Origin: Pseudothermotoga sp.
GTDB lineage: Bacteria > Thermotogota > Thermotogae > Thermotogales > DSM-5069
Length of the DNA stretch: 64,000 nucleotides
Direction: 5' to 3' (one strand)
Assembly (NCBI GenBank): GCA_031962025.1
Contig: JAVRKW010000005.1
Under the pieces are notes generated by a model. The model had not been told where the DNA came from. It searched no databases and worked only from the letters and a program-made list of their open reading frames with translations. The position numbers and the translations under genes are program-made. Below, piece after piece: positions 18,324 to 27,956 of the stretch (positions are counted from its first letter, which is position 1; every line of letters starts with the position of its first letter).

Positions 18324-19188
18324 TTTTGTAGGTTGACGGAACAGGTCTGGCTGTGACTCTCTTTTTTTCATCGGTCTGAATCCAGCCAGTCATTCCAAGT
18401 TCGATGGCTCTTTGTACCGCTGCTTCGTATTCTTCTTTGGTGAGTTTTCTTGAAATTAAAGGATCAGATCTTGCACCAAATAATGGGTTGTACTGAGCCA
18501 TCAGAGAGATCGGTACAGAAGGTGAGAGAGAATGAAAAACAAAATCCAGAACCCTGTGAGTACCACCGACGTTATTTGGAAGGACAAGATGCCTGACTAT
18601 AAGACCCTTTTTTCTGTTTTCTTTAAATGCGCCGACCTGCCTGTGCATTTCTATGAGAGCTCGAGTTGCAATCGTGTAGTAGTTTTTCACACCAGAATAA
18701 ACATAACCTGATTTATCATCAGCGTATTTTAAATCTGCCAGATATATATCGACAATTCCATCAAGCAACCTGAGAGTTTCAACAGATTCATAACTGCTGG
18801 TGTTGTATACAACCGGCAGACTGAATCCCTTTTCTTTGGCAATTGCAAGGGCTTGGACTATTGATAGCAAATGCGGTGTTGGAGTGACCAGATTGAGAGT
18901 TTCAGCACCGTGGTTCTGTAAATCCATAAAGATCTCGGCAAGTTCCTGATGGGTTATTTCCACACCGTTTGCCATCTGGCTGAAATTCATGTTCTGACAA
19001 TAAATACAGCGTAGATTGCATCCGCTGAAAAAGATCGTGCCGGCACCGTTTTCTCCACTGATAGGAGGTTCTTCCCCAAAATGAAGGACTACGCTCATCA
19101 ACTTCGGTAGATCTGCGACTTTACACTTACCAACACTTTGATATCGATCAACTTTGCACATAACAGGGCAGAGATCACAGTGATGCAT
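18295..19188 (-). CDS. Radical SAM protein (PflX-like)
   Basis: N-terminal CDLCPVMC; HFGEEPP; CNLRCIYCQN; RHLVLP. Confidence 0.85.
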   Translation of the reverse strand: MHHCDLCPVMCKVDRYQSVGKCKVADLPKLMSVVLHFGEEPPISGENGAGTIFFSGCNLRCIYCQNMNFSQMANGVEITHQELAEIFMDLQNHGAETLNLVTPTPHLLSIVQALAIAKEKGFSLPVVYNTSSYESVETLRLLDGIVDIYLADLKYADDKSGYVYSGVKNYYTIATRALIEMHRQVGAFKENRKKGLIVRHLVLPNNVGGTHRVLDFVFHSLSPSVPISLMAQYNPLFGARSDPLISRKLTKEEYEAAVQRAIELGMTGWIQTDEKKRVTARPVPSTYKIINLMRSKT

Positions 19189-19222
19189 TTTTTCTTTGAG
19201 TACAGAAATGATCTGTGAAAAT

Positions 19223-20482
19223 TCACTCTTGATACTCGATCACCGCCGAAAGTTTTGAAAATTTCTGCACGATATTTTCATAGCCTCTGAATATCTGATC
19301 AACCTCGTTGATCTGCGTTGTCCCATCTGCCATCAGACCGGCAATCACGAGTGCCGCTGCTGCTCTCAGATCAGTTGCGCTCACCTGTGTACCGCTCAGT
19401 TTTTCAACACCGTACACAATGGCAGTGCCGTCACTGACCTCGATCTTTGCTCCAAGACGTCTGAGCTCATCGACATATTGAAATCGAGATTTGAAAACAT
19501 TTTCTGTCACGGTTGACGTACCCTGAGCTCTTGAAAGATAGGTTATGATTTGGGGCTGAAGATCTGTCGGAAAACCAGGATATGGCATTACCTGAATCTT
19601 CATCGGATCTGGTCTTCGGTCCATTGAAACCCTCACTCTGTCCTGATCCAGTTGAGATAAATTAACCCCAGAGGCTCTGAGTACATCAAAGAGTGCTACC
19701 AAATGCGATGTGTTTAGATTTTCTACCAGAGCATCGCCCATTGTCGCCGCAATTGCTATTATGTATGTGCCTGCTTCAATTCGATCAGGTATTATTCTGT
19801 GGATACAGCCGTGCGTTTTTTTGACTCCGAGAATTTTGACGCATCTTGTTCCTGCACCTGAAATTTTGCAGCCAGACCGATTCAAAAACTCTGCCAGATC
19901 TTCTATCTCAGGTTCCATAGCCGCATTTTCTATAATTGTGTGAGTTCCGTTCAAAATCGCCGCTGTTGTCATTAGATGTTCGGTTGCTCCGACACTTGGA
20001 AAGGGTAGAGATATGGTCGCCTCGTCCACCTTTTTTTCCAGCTCGGCAGTGACGATTCCATGCTCGATATTTATTGAAAAACCGAGTTTCTGTAAACCTT
20101 CAAGATGATAATCCACAGGTCTAACGCCTATGGAACAACCACCCGGTAAAGAGACAGATGCTTTTTGAAATTTTGCAGCCAGTGGACCGAGTACATTGAA
20201 AGAAGCTCTCATCTTTCTAACAAGCTCGTAAGGTATCTCTGTGTTAGGATTTGATGGAGGAATAACTGTGATAATACCATTTTCAAAAAAGACCTGACAT
20301 CCAGCCGCATTCAGAATCTCTATCATTGTGTGAATGTCCATCAAATCAGGTACATTTTCAAGAACAACTTTTTCATCGCACAAAAGGGTAGCAGCGAGAA
20401 TTGGTAAGGCGGAATTTTTAGAGCCAGAGGTCTCAACTGATCCGGTTAATCTTGCTGGGCCATGAACTATCAATTTGCCCAC
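19223..20482 (-). CDS. murA: UDP-N-acetylglucosamine 1-carboxyvinyltransferase
   Basis: GSKNSALP, LPGGCSIGVRP, YPGFPTDLQ and DLRAAA motifs. Confidence 0.97.
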   Translation of the reverse strand: MGKLIVHGPARLTGSVETSGSKNSALPILAATLLCDEKVVLENVPDLMDIHTMIEILNAAGCQVFFENGIITVIPPSNPNTEIPYELVRKMRASFNVLGPLAAKFQKASVSLPGGCSIGVRPVDYHLEGLQKLGFSINIEHGIVTAELEKKVDEATISLPFPSVGATEHLMTTAAILNGTHTIIENAAMEPEIEDLAEFLNRSGCKISGAGTRCVKILGVKKTHGCIHRIIPDRIEAGTYIIAIAATMGDALVENLNTSHLVALFDVLRASGVNLSQLDQDRVRVSMDRRPDPMKIQVMPYPGFPTDLQPQIITYLSRAQGTSTVTENVFKSRFQYVDELRRLGAKIEVSDGTAIVYGVEKLSGTQVSATDLRAAAALVIAGLMADGTTQINEVDQIFRGYENIVQKFSKLSAVIEYQE

Positions 20483-21055
20483 CTATGATACCTCCGACTG
20501 AAGTTGCTGAATCAACTTTTCTAAATCTTCTCCATCATCTGGATAAACCCTGAAAGCCACCTTCGTGTTCATTTCGGCACTTTTTTTCAACGAATCTCTG
20601 ACCCTTTCTACGACTTTTTGTGCGATTTCTTTGTTCACATCGGTCAAAAGGATGGCAAAGGTATCATCAGAGACCTTCCCCACACTGTCCATCGGCACCC
20701 GCACGACATTCTTCAAAAGCTTTCCAATAAAGGCAAGATGTCTTTCAAAGTCTTCGTTTTCTCTGCACAATCTCACCATGACAATGGCATAACCTTTATT
20801 TTCTTCGAACGCTTTCTGATGATAATAGGTTATCAAACGATTCATGTGTTCTTTGGAATAAACCCTCGTGATTGGGTCTATGATTCTGCTGGTACCTATA
20901 TCCTTGACAAAATCGTCGTACAGTTCAAATTGCTTTCTTATGAACTGGTTATACTCTTCAAGCATCTGTTCCATCTGTGCATCACGCATGCGATAGTATT
21001 CAAGTTGGTCCTCAAGGATCTTGATTTTTTTCAACAGTTCCTCTCTTTCATCCAT
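20483..21055 (-). CDS. Coiled-coil plus degenerate GGDEF domain protein
   Basis: IDPITRVYSK (DxLT-like); signature position reads SDDTF; N-terminal coiled coil. Confidence 0.7.
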   Translation of the reverse strand: MDEREELLKKIKILEDQLEYYRMRDAQMEQMLEEYNQFIRKQFELYDDFVKDIGTSRIIDPITRVYSKEHMNRLITYYHQKAFEENKGYAIVMVRLCRENEDFERHLAFIGKLLKNVVRVPMDSVGKVSDDTFAILLTDVNKEIAQKVVERVRDSLKKSAEMNTKVAFRVYPDDGEDLEKLIQQLQSEVS

Positions 21056-21154
21056 TTCGATTCCTCCCAGGATTTGAGATTTCTCATATAGTATATAATA
21101 ACATCAAAGGAAGAAAAGTTGATGTCTGTTTAATCCTCAAAGGGAGGGGTCGTT

Positions 21155-23182
21155 ATGAAATTCTCAATCACGCTGATAATTGTGTCTTTTGCTCTCATAG
21201 TGTTGTTTTCGTGCGGTGGACCATCTGTTGCCACTAATCAGCCACCTGTTTTTGTTTCATCATCTCCCCAAAACGGTCAAACTGATGTGTCCTTAGATAT
21301 CACCTTAAGTTGGACATTCACAGATCCTGAAAACGACTTTCTGACATACGAACTGTTTTTTGGAGATAGTGAAAATAACACACAATCCAAGTACAAAGGC
21401 ACTGAAAATTCTTACAGAATAAGTCTTGAGCCATCTAAAACATATTACTGGAAAATAGTCGCAAGCGATGGAAAAAACAAAGTTCAATCACCTCTGCTGA
21501 GTTTTTCCACTGTTAAAGTAAACAGACAACCGAGCAAACCAGAATTGATATCACCTGCTCCAACTTCGAAAAACGTCGATTGTTCGCAAGTAGTTTTTCA
21601 ATGGAGATGCACAGATCCAGATCAGGATCCTTTGAGATTCGAAATATACATCGATGATTCTTTTGTAGCGACAGTTACAAATTATCAGTATACAAAATAC
21701 AATCTCACTGCCGGAAAGACTTACAAATGGTTTGTGAAAGCTTTTGATGGTATGTACATCGTTGAAAGTGATCCAGCAACTTTCACAACAGCCCAGATTG
21801 GTCAGAACAGGGCTCCAAATGTCCCCCAGCTTGTTTCTCCACCTGATGGAGCACAGTCTGTAAATATACCCCTGAAGTTAGAGTGGAAATGTTCAGATCC
21901 AGATAATGACCAGCTCACTTATGAAGTTTATATCAATAACCTGAAAAAAACTACCAATGAACCATCTCTTTTACTGGACGATCTTTCACCAAACACATAT
22001 TACAGCTGGTATGTAAAAGCCTCTGATGGGACAAATACAACACAGGGACCTGTCTGGAACTTTAGAACAAAAGGTATACCGAACACCGCTCCTTCAACAC
22101 CAACCAATCCCGTGCCGGAAAATAACACCTCAATCTTTGAAAAAGATGTTGTCCTAAGTTGGGAATGTTCAGATGCTGATGGTGACACACTGTTTTATGA
22201 TCTGTACTTTGGAGAAAGCTCAAATCCACCGTTGATAAGGCAAAATCTGTCAAGTTCAAATATGCTGATACAGAACCTTGAAACCAACAAAAGATACTAC
22301 TGGAAAGTTGTGGCAAAAGATGGTAACACCTCAACAGAAGGACCTGTCTGGAGCTTTTACACAGGTGTACAGACGTCTTTCAGTGAAATTCTGGCTCTGG
22401 CAGACGGTATTTACGATGTCAGCTTTGCGCAGCCAGTTACAGTTACAAAGATATCCTCTGTGACGGGTAATGACTTCTTTTACCGTGATGAGTCTATTTT
22501 CGTGATAGGCGATGAATTCTCGATCATAAAAGATACAACTGTAGCTACATCATCCTTCAGCGGAAAAGCCATCTGGGTTGACAGTCTTATACCAATTCAA
22601 AGAATCGTAGCCGGTGAAATCTTCGCGTGTATACTGAGCGACACTGATTTGTCGATTTTGAGAATATCAGACCAAAACGTCTATGAAGAGTCCTCAATAT
22701 CAATGAACCAGCCTTCATCGCTTTTTGTTCTCGGTCAGTACATATATGTCTGTGATGCAGATGGTTTGAAAAAGATCGATGCGATAGATCCAAAAAATCC
22801 GATCCTGAAAAGCACTTACCAATGCACGGCAAAAGAAGCCTTTGTCGTGGATAACACAGTCTATTTGCTTACAGATTCAGAAATCGTCAAACTCAGCTCG
22901 ACTGATCTGTCAGAAATCAACTCAACCGATTTTTCCGGTGCAAAAAAGATCTATTTCGATTCTGGTTTTGTTTATGTGCTGAGCGATCAAAAACTCACTA
23001 AATTCGATGAAAACCTTTCAAAATTAATAGAGATCGATTTGAACAGTGCCAACTCTCTTTTAGTCAGTGGAAGTTATGTCTATGTTGGAATGCAAAATGG
23101 TATAAAGGTTTTCGACACCAACCTGTCTTTGGTTAAGTCTGTGAGCATAAATGGTTTGAAAAAGATCATACTGCGCAGGTAG
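21155..23182 (+). CDS. Surface lipoprotein with four Fn3/Ig-like repeats and a C-terminal beta-propeller-like region
   Basis: Lipobox LFSC; four NxxP..P..W..DxxxD.L.(Y/F)...Y.W.V.A.DG repeats; LVIVD-like YIYV/FVYV/YVYV strands. Confidence 0.75.
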   Translation: MKFSITLIIVSFALIVLFSCGGPSVATNQPPVFVSSSPQNGQTDVSLDITLSWTFTDPENDFLTYELFFGDSENNTQSKYKGTENSYRISLEPSKTYYWKIVASDGKNKVQSPLLSFSTVKVNRQPSKPELISPAPTSKNVDCSQVVFQWRCTDPDQDPLRFEIYIDDSFVATVTNYQYTKYNLTAGKTYKWFVKAFDGMYIVESDPATFTTAQIGQNRAPNVPQLVSPPDGAQSVNIPLKLEWKCSDPDNDQLTYEVYINNLKKTTNEPSLLLDDLSPNTYYSWYVKASDGTNTTQGPVWNFRTKGIPNTAPSTPTNPVPENNTSIFEKDVVLSWECSDADGDTLFYDLYFGESSNPPLIRQNLSSSNMLIQNLETNKRYYWKVVAKDGNTSTEGPVWSFYTGVQTSFSEILALADGIYDVSFAQPVTVTKISSVTGNDFFYRDESIFVIGDEFSIIKDTTVATSSFSGKAIWVDSLIPIQRIVAGEIFACILSDTDLSILRISDQNVYEESSISMNQPSSLFVLGQYIYVCDADGLKKIDAIDPKNPILKSTYQCTAKEAFVVDNTVYLLTDSEIVKLSSTDLSEINSTDFSGAKKIYFDSGFVYVLSDQKLTKFDENLSKLIEIDLNSANSLLVSGSYVYVGMQNGIKVFDTNLSLVKSVSINGLKKIILRR

Positions 23183-23256
23183 TTAGACTTTAATGATTTT
23201 TTAATTTTTAAAAAGCATAAAATGAATAAGTGATTTATACAAGGGGGGGACTGGAA

Positions 23257-24882
23257 ATGATCAGAAAGGCCATGTTAGTTCTGATCATGCTGTTAGTCAC
23301 CCTGAATTATGCGGCGCAGTTTACCAGAACGATCGAAGAGCGTATTCAGATTATGCAGGATGGTTCAGCAATCATCACAAGAACAGAGTTCGTCCCACAA
23401 TCAGATCTGGCAAAAATATACATAGCCCACTATGAGCAAATGCAAAAAGACAGAGAGGTTTTCAACAATTTCGTGGATGAACTTGCAAAAAACTACTATC
23501 TCTTATACGGCACAGCACCTTCTTTCACGTTGAAAGACATGAAAGTTTCTCAGGATTCAAAAGGTTACACCTGTGTCATAACGATGAGGGCACCGGGTGC
23601 TGTCAGATCAAAAGCTGGTTCACTTTTCATTGCACGCAAAGGCTTTGAAAATGAAAGAGCAGCAGAGAAGATGATACTGAAGTACCTTGAGAATGAAATC
23701 GATGGGAAGATCTTTGAGTCAGCTTTCTTAAATTCACCAAAGAACACTCTTATAACTAAAAGAAAAACGGAAATAGTACTGCCAAAAGGCTCGGAAATAG
23801 GACGTTTACAACCAAGCTTTTTTTCAAAATCCGGAACAGAAAACTGGTTTGTCGATCTGGGCGGAGGTACAACTTACAGAGCCAGTCTTCAAAAAACAGC
23901 CACAGGTATTCTGCTCTCTGAAGAAATTGTGACAAGCGGTGAGGCACCAAAAAATCTTCTTGATCAGAAAAAAAGTATAGAAGTCGTACAAGCTCTTAGA
24001 GATTACACCGCTTTCAGTCTGGAATTTTCAAACAGAGAAATGCATGAACAGGAACTAACCAAACCCGCTGTACACAAAATCGCAAGCGATTTTTATGGAT
24101 CATGGGGTTTTAACGTTTCTACAAATGAAATGCTATCTCGTACATTCACCTATTCCACACTCTCTGTGACACCGAAGATCACCGTGACACTTTCTTTTAA
24201 CGTATCGCTGTTGTGGGAACACGAATGGATACAGACAGGCTGGTTTAGCTGGAGCTACAGACTCAAGAAATTTGAAACGGTTGTTTCACTGTCACCATCT
24301 TTCACTCCCTCACTGCAAGTGAATGCAGGCGGGAGTATAACAAAAGATTGGTCCGTGAATCTTTTCACAAGAGGAAAACCTGTGACATTCTGGGTTGTTT
24401 GTATTCCCGTTGTGCTTTACCTTGAAGCTAAACTTGATGCAGAAGCCATTGCACAAATAAATGGTTCAATAAGTTTCGAAACTTGGGTTACATTCGGTAT
24501 GACAACGTCTTTAAAGGTGACCTACCAGAATGGAAGCTGGTCTAAATCGCCTTCTTATTCGACAAACTACTCTGGGGTGAATTTCAGTGCAAATGCAAAA
24601 GTACAGGCTGGAGCAGAAGGACGGTTGCCCTTCACTTTATCTGCCTATGTTTATTATGTCGCCGGTCCTTTTGTAAGATTAACTCCATGGATATCAGGAG
24701 AAACCCATGCATCTACTGGAGGTTCAAATCAGGTGGGATACAAAGTTAAAGGAGGATTGAAAGCTTCTGGCGGCGTTCAGATGGCTGGCTGGTTAAAGGA
24801 TCTTTGTGGAGGAATACCATCGATAAGTTATGATTTTTGGCAATGGGAAAAGGTTCTTGCAGAGGGTACATATACTTTTTGA
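23257..24882 (+). CDS. Secreted hypothetical protein with a beta-rich C-terminal half
   Basis: Signal peptide MIRKAMLVLIMLL...; long ORF followed by a terminator. Confidence 0.7.
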   Translation: MIRKAMLVLIMLLVTLNYAAQFTRTIEERIQIMQDGSAIITRTEFVPQSDLAKIYIAHYEQMQKDREVFNNFVDELAKNYYLLYGTAPSFTLKDMKVSQDSKGYTCVITMRAPGAVRSKAGSLFIARKGFENERAAEKMILKYLENEIDGKIFESAFLNSPKNTLITKRKTEIVLPKGSEIGRLQPSFFSKSGTENWFVDLGGGTTYRASLQKTATGILLSEEIVTSGEAPKNLLDQKKSIEVVQALRDYTAFSLEFSNREMHEQELTKPAVHKIASDFYGSWGFNVSTNEMLSRTFTYSTLSVTPKITVTLSFNVSLLWEHEWIQTGWFSWSYRLKKFETVVSLSPSFTPSLQVNAGGSITKDWSVNLFTRGKPVTFWVVCIPVVLYLEAKLDAEAIAQINGSISFETWVTFGMTTSLKVTYQNGSWSKSPSYSTNYSGVNFSANAKVQAGAEGRLPFTLSAYVYYVAGPFVRLTPWISGETHASTGGSNQVGYKVKGGLKASGGVQMAGWLKDLCGGIPSISYDFWQWEKVLAEGTYTF

Positions 24883-24916
24883 AGCGGGGAAATTTCATCC
24901 CCGCTGTTTGCTTTTT
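24883..24916 (+). terminator. Intrinsic terminator
   Basis: AGCGGGGA-AATTTCA-TCCCCGCT followed by GTTTGCTTTTT. Confidence 0.7.
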
Positions 24917-24968
24917 GTCAAAGATTCGTGCCAGAATACTTAACATTCCCGGTGTATAAAAAGTTTGT

Positions 24969-26198
24969 ATGGCGAAATATTCGAACCCATTTAGAGCGCT
25001 TAAAAACAGGAATTATCTCATGTTCTGGATTCCACAGAGTATATCGTTGATCGGTACATGGATCGACACAACATTGCGTGGTTGGGTTGGAGTGAATATC
25101 CTTCCTGAAAACAAAGCAGCCGGCTTTATTGGCTTGATAGCTTTCCTGAAGGGGTTCCCAACTGTGATACTTTCTCCGGTCAGCGGTGTGCTCATCGACT
25201 GGTTTGGTCCAAGAGAAGTACTTTTCCTGACACAGTTAGCCGATACGATAAACGCCTGTTTCATGGCTTATCTTGTTTACAAAAATATCCTGACACCTTT
25301 CCAGCTTATTGTACTGAGTATCTTCATGGGTATCTCTGCTTCATTTTATCTTCCATCCAGAAACACCTTCATTGGAAAAATCGTCCCAAAGAATCACCTT
25401 CCAAATGCGCTTGCTCTGCACTCGATGATATTCAATGTAGCAAGAATGATAGGACCGTCGATAGCCGGTTTTGTTGTGAAATATTACGGACTCAGTTTTG
25501 GTTTTATAGTCAACGCAGTCTCCTTTCTACCATTGCTGATAATTTTGCCGATGATACCTTCAAAGCATGAATACAACGGTGAAAGGGATAAATCCTTTTT
25601 CAAAGATTTGGTAGAAGGTGTGCGCTTTGTTTCCAAAAACAGAGCCATGAGTCTGACCTTTTTTTCATTGGTTGTTTACGCTTTTTTTGGTATGCCTTAC
25701 AGCATGCTGATGCAGGCTTTTGCAAAGAGCGCTGTGAAAACAGGACTGGTTGGCTATGGTTTGATGATGGGTTCTATGGGGCTTGGAGCTCTTGTTGGAG
25801 CTCTGATTGCTGGTGGAATGGAGCCAGAACATGTCATATCTTTCAAAGAGGAATATTTTATACTGATGATCGGTGTTAGCACATTGATCAGTTCTGTGTA
25901 TCCTCCTGCCGCATATGTGATGTCTTTCATCAACGGTGCCGGTCAGACTATATTTTTCAACATCACCAACAGCAGAACTCAGTTTCTTTCACCATCAAAC
26001 ATGCGTGGCAGGACAATGTCTCTGTACGCACTCATAAATAACGGTGGATCTCCAACAGGTGCGTTCGTTTTTGGACTTGTCGGGAATATCATAGGTATAA
26101 AAAGTTCATACACCATACTTGGCAGCGCTATGATAACCTACTTCGTTTTCAAAAGATACCTGACCAGTCAGCCTGAAAAGCTCAAATCAAGTAACTGA
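24969..26198 (+). CDS. MFS transporter (MFS_3-like)
   Basis: NPFRALKNRNY, FNVARMIGP and MRGRTMS motifs; about 12 hydrophobic segments. Confidence 0.88.
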   Translation: MAKYSNPFRALKNRNYLMFWIPQSISLIGTWIDTTLRGWVGVNILPENKAAGFIGLIAFLKGFPTVILSPVSGVLIDWFGPREVLFLTQLADTINACFMAYLVYKNILTPFQLIVLSIFMGISASFYLPSRNTFIGKIVPKNHLPNALALHSMIFNVARMIGPSIAGFVVKYYGLSFGFIVNAVSFLPLLIILPMIPSKHEYNGERDKSFFKDLVEGVRFVSKNRAMSLTFFSLVVYAFFGMPYSMLMQAFAKSAVKTGLVGYGLMMGSMGLGALVGALIAGGMEPEHVISFKEEYFILMIGVSTLISSVYPPAAYVMSFINGAGQTIFFNITNSRTQFLSPSNMRGRTMSLYALINNGGSPTGAFVFGLVGNIIGIKSSYTILGSAMITYFVFKRYLTSQPEKLKSSN

Positions 26199-26910
26199 TG
26201 CCACTTGCAATAACAGTGGCAAAAACGATATACCTCAACCAGCCAGCACCTTTTTTCAGCGAGAACTTCACTCCAAGATACGCTCCCACCATACTGCCAA
26301 GACCGAGGATCAAACCTGCCAGAAACATGACTTTCCCGTTAAGCAAGAAGATTATCAAAGATATAGGTGTGTACAGAAGAACTATGAAAACTTTCAGAGC
26401 GTTGTTTTTTACTAAATCAAGACCAAGGAGTGCCGCCGTGAAAAATATGAAAAAAAATCCCACACCAGCCTGTATAAAACCTCCATAAACACCTATGCCA
26501 AAAAACGCAATTGATACCAGTACGGGATTGATTTTCTTATTCTGTTCCCCACTCCACATTTTTGGCTTGACGAAGAAAAACAGTCCCATTATCAAAAGCA
26601 GAACTCCAACTATTTTTTTGAGCAGATTTTGATCCAGATCGATCACAATCATGGTGCCAACAACTGAACCTATAGCAGCCGGTATTCCGCACAGAAGAGA
26701 AAGTTTTACTGGCAGCACTTTTCCTTTTTGAAAATTTCTAACTGCCACAATGTTCTGAAGAAGAATTGCTATTCTATTTGTACCGTTGGCGACATCTATA
26801 CCCATTCCCGCAAGAGTGAGAAGCGGTAATGTTAAAAGACTCCCACCACCGGCAACCACATTTAAAAAACCAGAGGCAATACCAGACAGAAAGATCACAA
26901 AGTACAGCAC
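26182..26910 (-). CDS. TauE/SafE (sulfite exporter) family membrane protein
   Basis: NVVAGGGSL, ANGTNR and GVYGGFIQAGVG motifs. Confidence 0.88.
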   Translation of the reverse strand: MLYFVIFLSGIASGFLNVVAGGGSLLTLPLLTLAGMGIDVANGTNRIAILLQNIVAVRNFQKGKVLPVKLSLLCGIPAAIGSVVGTMIVIDLDQNLLKKIVGVLLLIMGLFFFVKPKMWSGEQNKKINPVLVSIAFFGIGVYGGFIQAGVGFFFIFFTAALLGLDLVKNNALKVFIVLLYTPISLIIFLLNGKVMFLAGLILGLGSMVGAYLGVKFSLKKGAGWLRYIVFATVIASGISYLI

Positions 26911-26918
26911 ACGACCAC

Positions 26919-27914
26919 CTACTCTGTTACAAGAGCATCAAGGAGTTTCACAAGATTTTGAAAATCTTCCAGTGAAATGTACTCTGCTTGGGAATGCAGA
27001 TATTTCACCGCCAAAGTGATGGGTACCATCTTCGCTCCACTTTCAATCGCCACAGATCCATCTGTGCCGCCACCTGTTATGCCTACCTGAACAGGTATTT
27101 TGTGCGCTTGAGCTATACTCAAAATTTTCTTCATATGGTCATAACTTGCTACAGCGCTGTTGTCAACCATTCTGAGAACAGGTCCTTTCCCGCACGCGAC
27201 ATCGCCTGTAAGAGAAGAACAGCAGGCAAAGGAATCTATTGCATAACACAGATTTATATTGTGTCTTGACAGAAAAGCCCTCGCACCTTTCAGACCTATC
27301 TCTTCCTGAACGGTCCATACAAAGAAAACTCTTTTTTTGAGATTTTGATTCAAAACATTTCGGAGCACGTACAAACAGGCTAAGCAACCAAATCTATCAT
27401 CTAGGGATCTGATCGATAGGTATCTGTTGTTTAAAACACTCACGTGTTTTTTAAAGACGGCAAAGTCCATCACTTTAACACCAAGTTCTTCTGCTTCGTG
27501 CTTATCGTGTGCTCCGATATCTATGCGTAGATTTTCCACTGACTGATTTGTTCCAAGATGTGGTGGTGCTATTCCAATCACTCCGTCGATGATACCTTTT
27601 TCTGTTACTACATCAAGATGTGCTCCAAGAAGCAGTCTGTCGTCAAATCCACCCATTTTTCTGAAGGTGAGTGAACCATCAGGTGTAATGCTCGTTATCA
27701 TCAAACCGATTTCATCCATGTGTGCCATCAAGGCAATCGATTCATCTTTGTGCCCGATCTCAACGATCAGGTTTCCTATGTTGTCCACGGTGTAGTCAAC
27801 GGGAAGGTGTGAAATGATGAGTTCTCTCACTTTTTCTTCTCTACCAGAAACACCTCTTGCCGTGCAAAACTCAACAAGATCTTTCACAAGATCGTCTTGC
27901 TGCACACAGATCAC
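26919..27914 (-). CDS. M42 family metallo-aminopeptidase
   Basis: AHMDE, LDDR, QEEIG, GGTD and YLHS motifs. Confidence 0.9.
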   Translation of the reverse strand: MICVQQDDLVKDLVEFCTARGVSGREEKVRELIISHLPVDYTVDNIGNLIVEIGHKDESIALMAHMDEIGLMITSITPDGSLTFRKMGGFDDRLLLGAHLDVVTEKGIIDGVIGIAPPHLGTNQSVENLRIDIGAHDKHEAEELGVKVMDFAVFKKHVSVLNNRYLSIRSLDDRFGCLACLYVLRNVLNQNLKKRVFFVWTVQEEIGLKGARAFLSRHNINLCYAIDSFACCSSLTGDVACGKGPVLRMVDNSAVASYDHMKKILSIAQAHKIPVQVGITGGGTDGSVAIESGAKMVPITLAVKYLHSQAEYISLEDFQNLVKLLDALVTE

Positions 27915-27956
27915 CTCAAGAGATATTATACCAGTTTGTTCGCTAAAAGAACATTT

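Noticed and set aside
21230..22370. Repeats in the 21 kb region as CRISPR or DNA tandem repeats
   Set aside because: They are diverged protein-domain repeats within one ORF, not identical repeats with spacers
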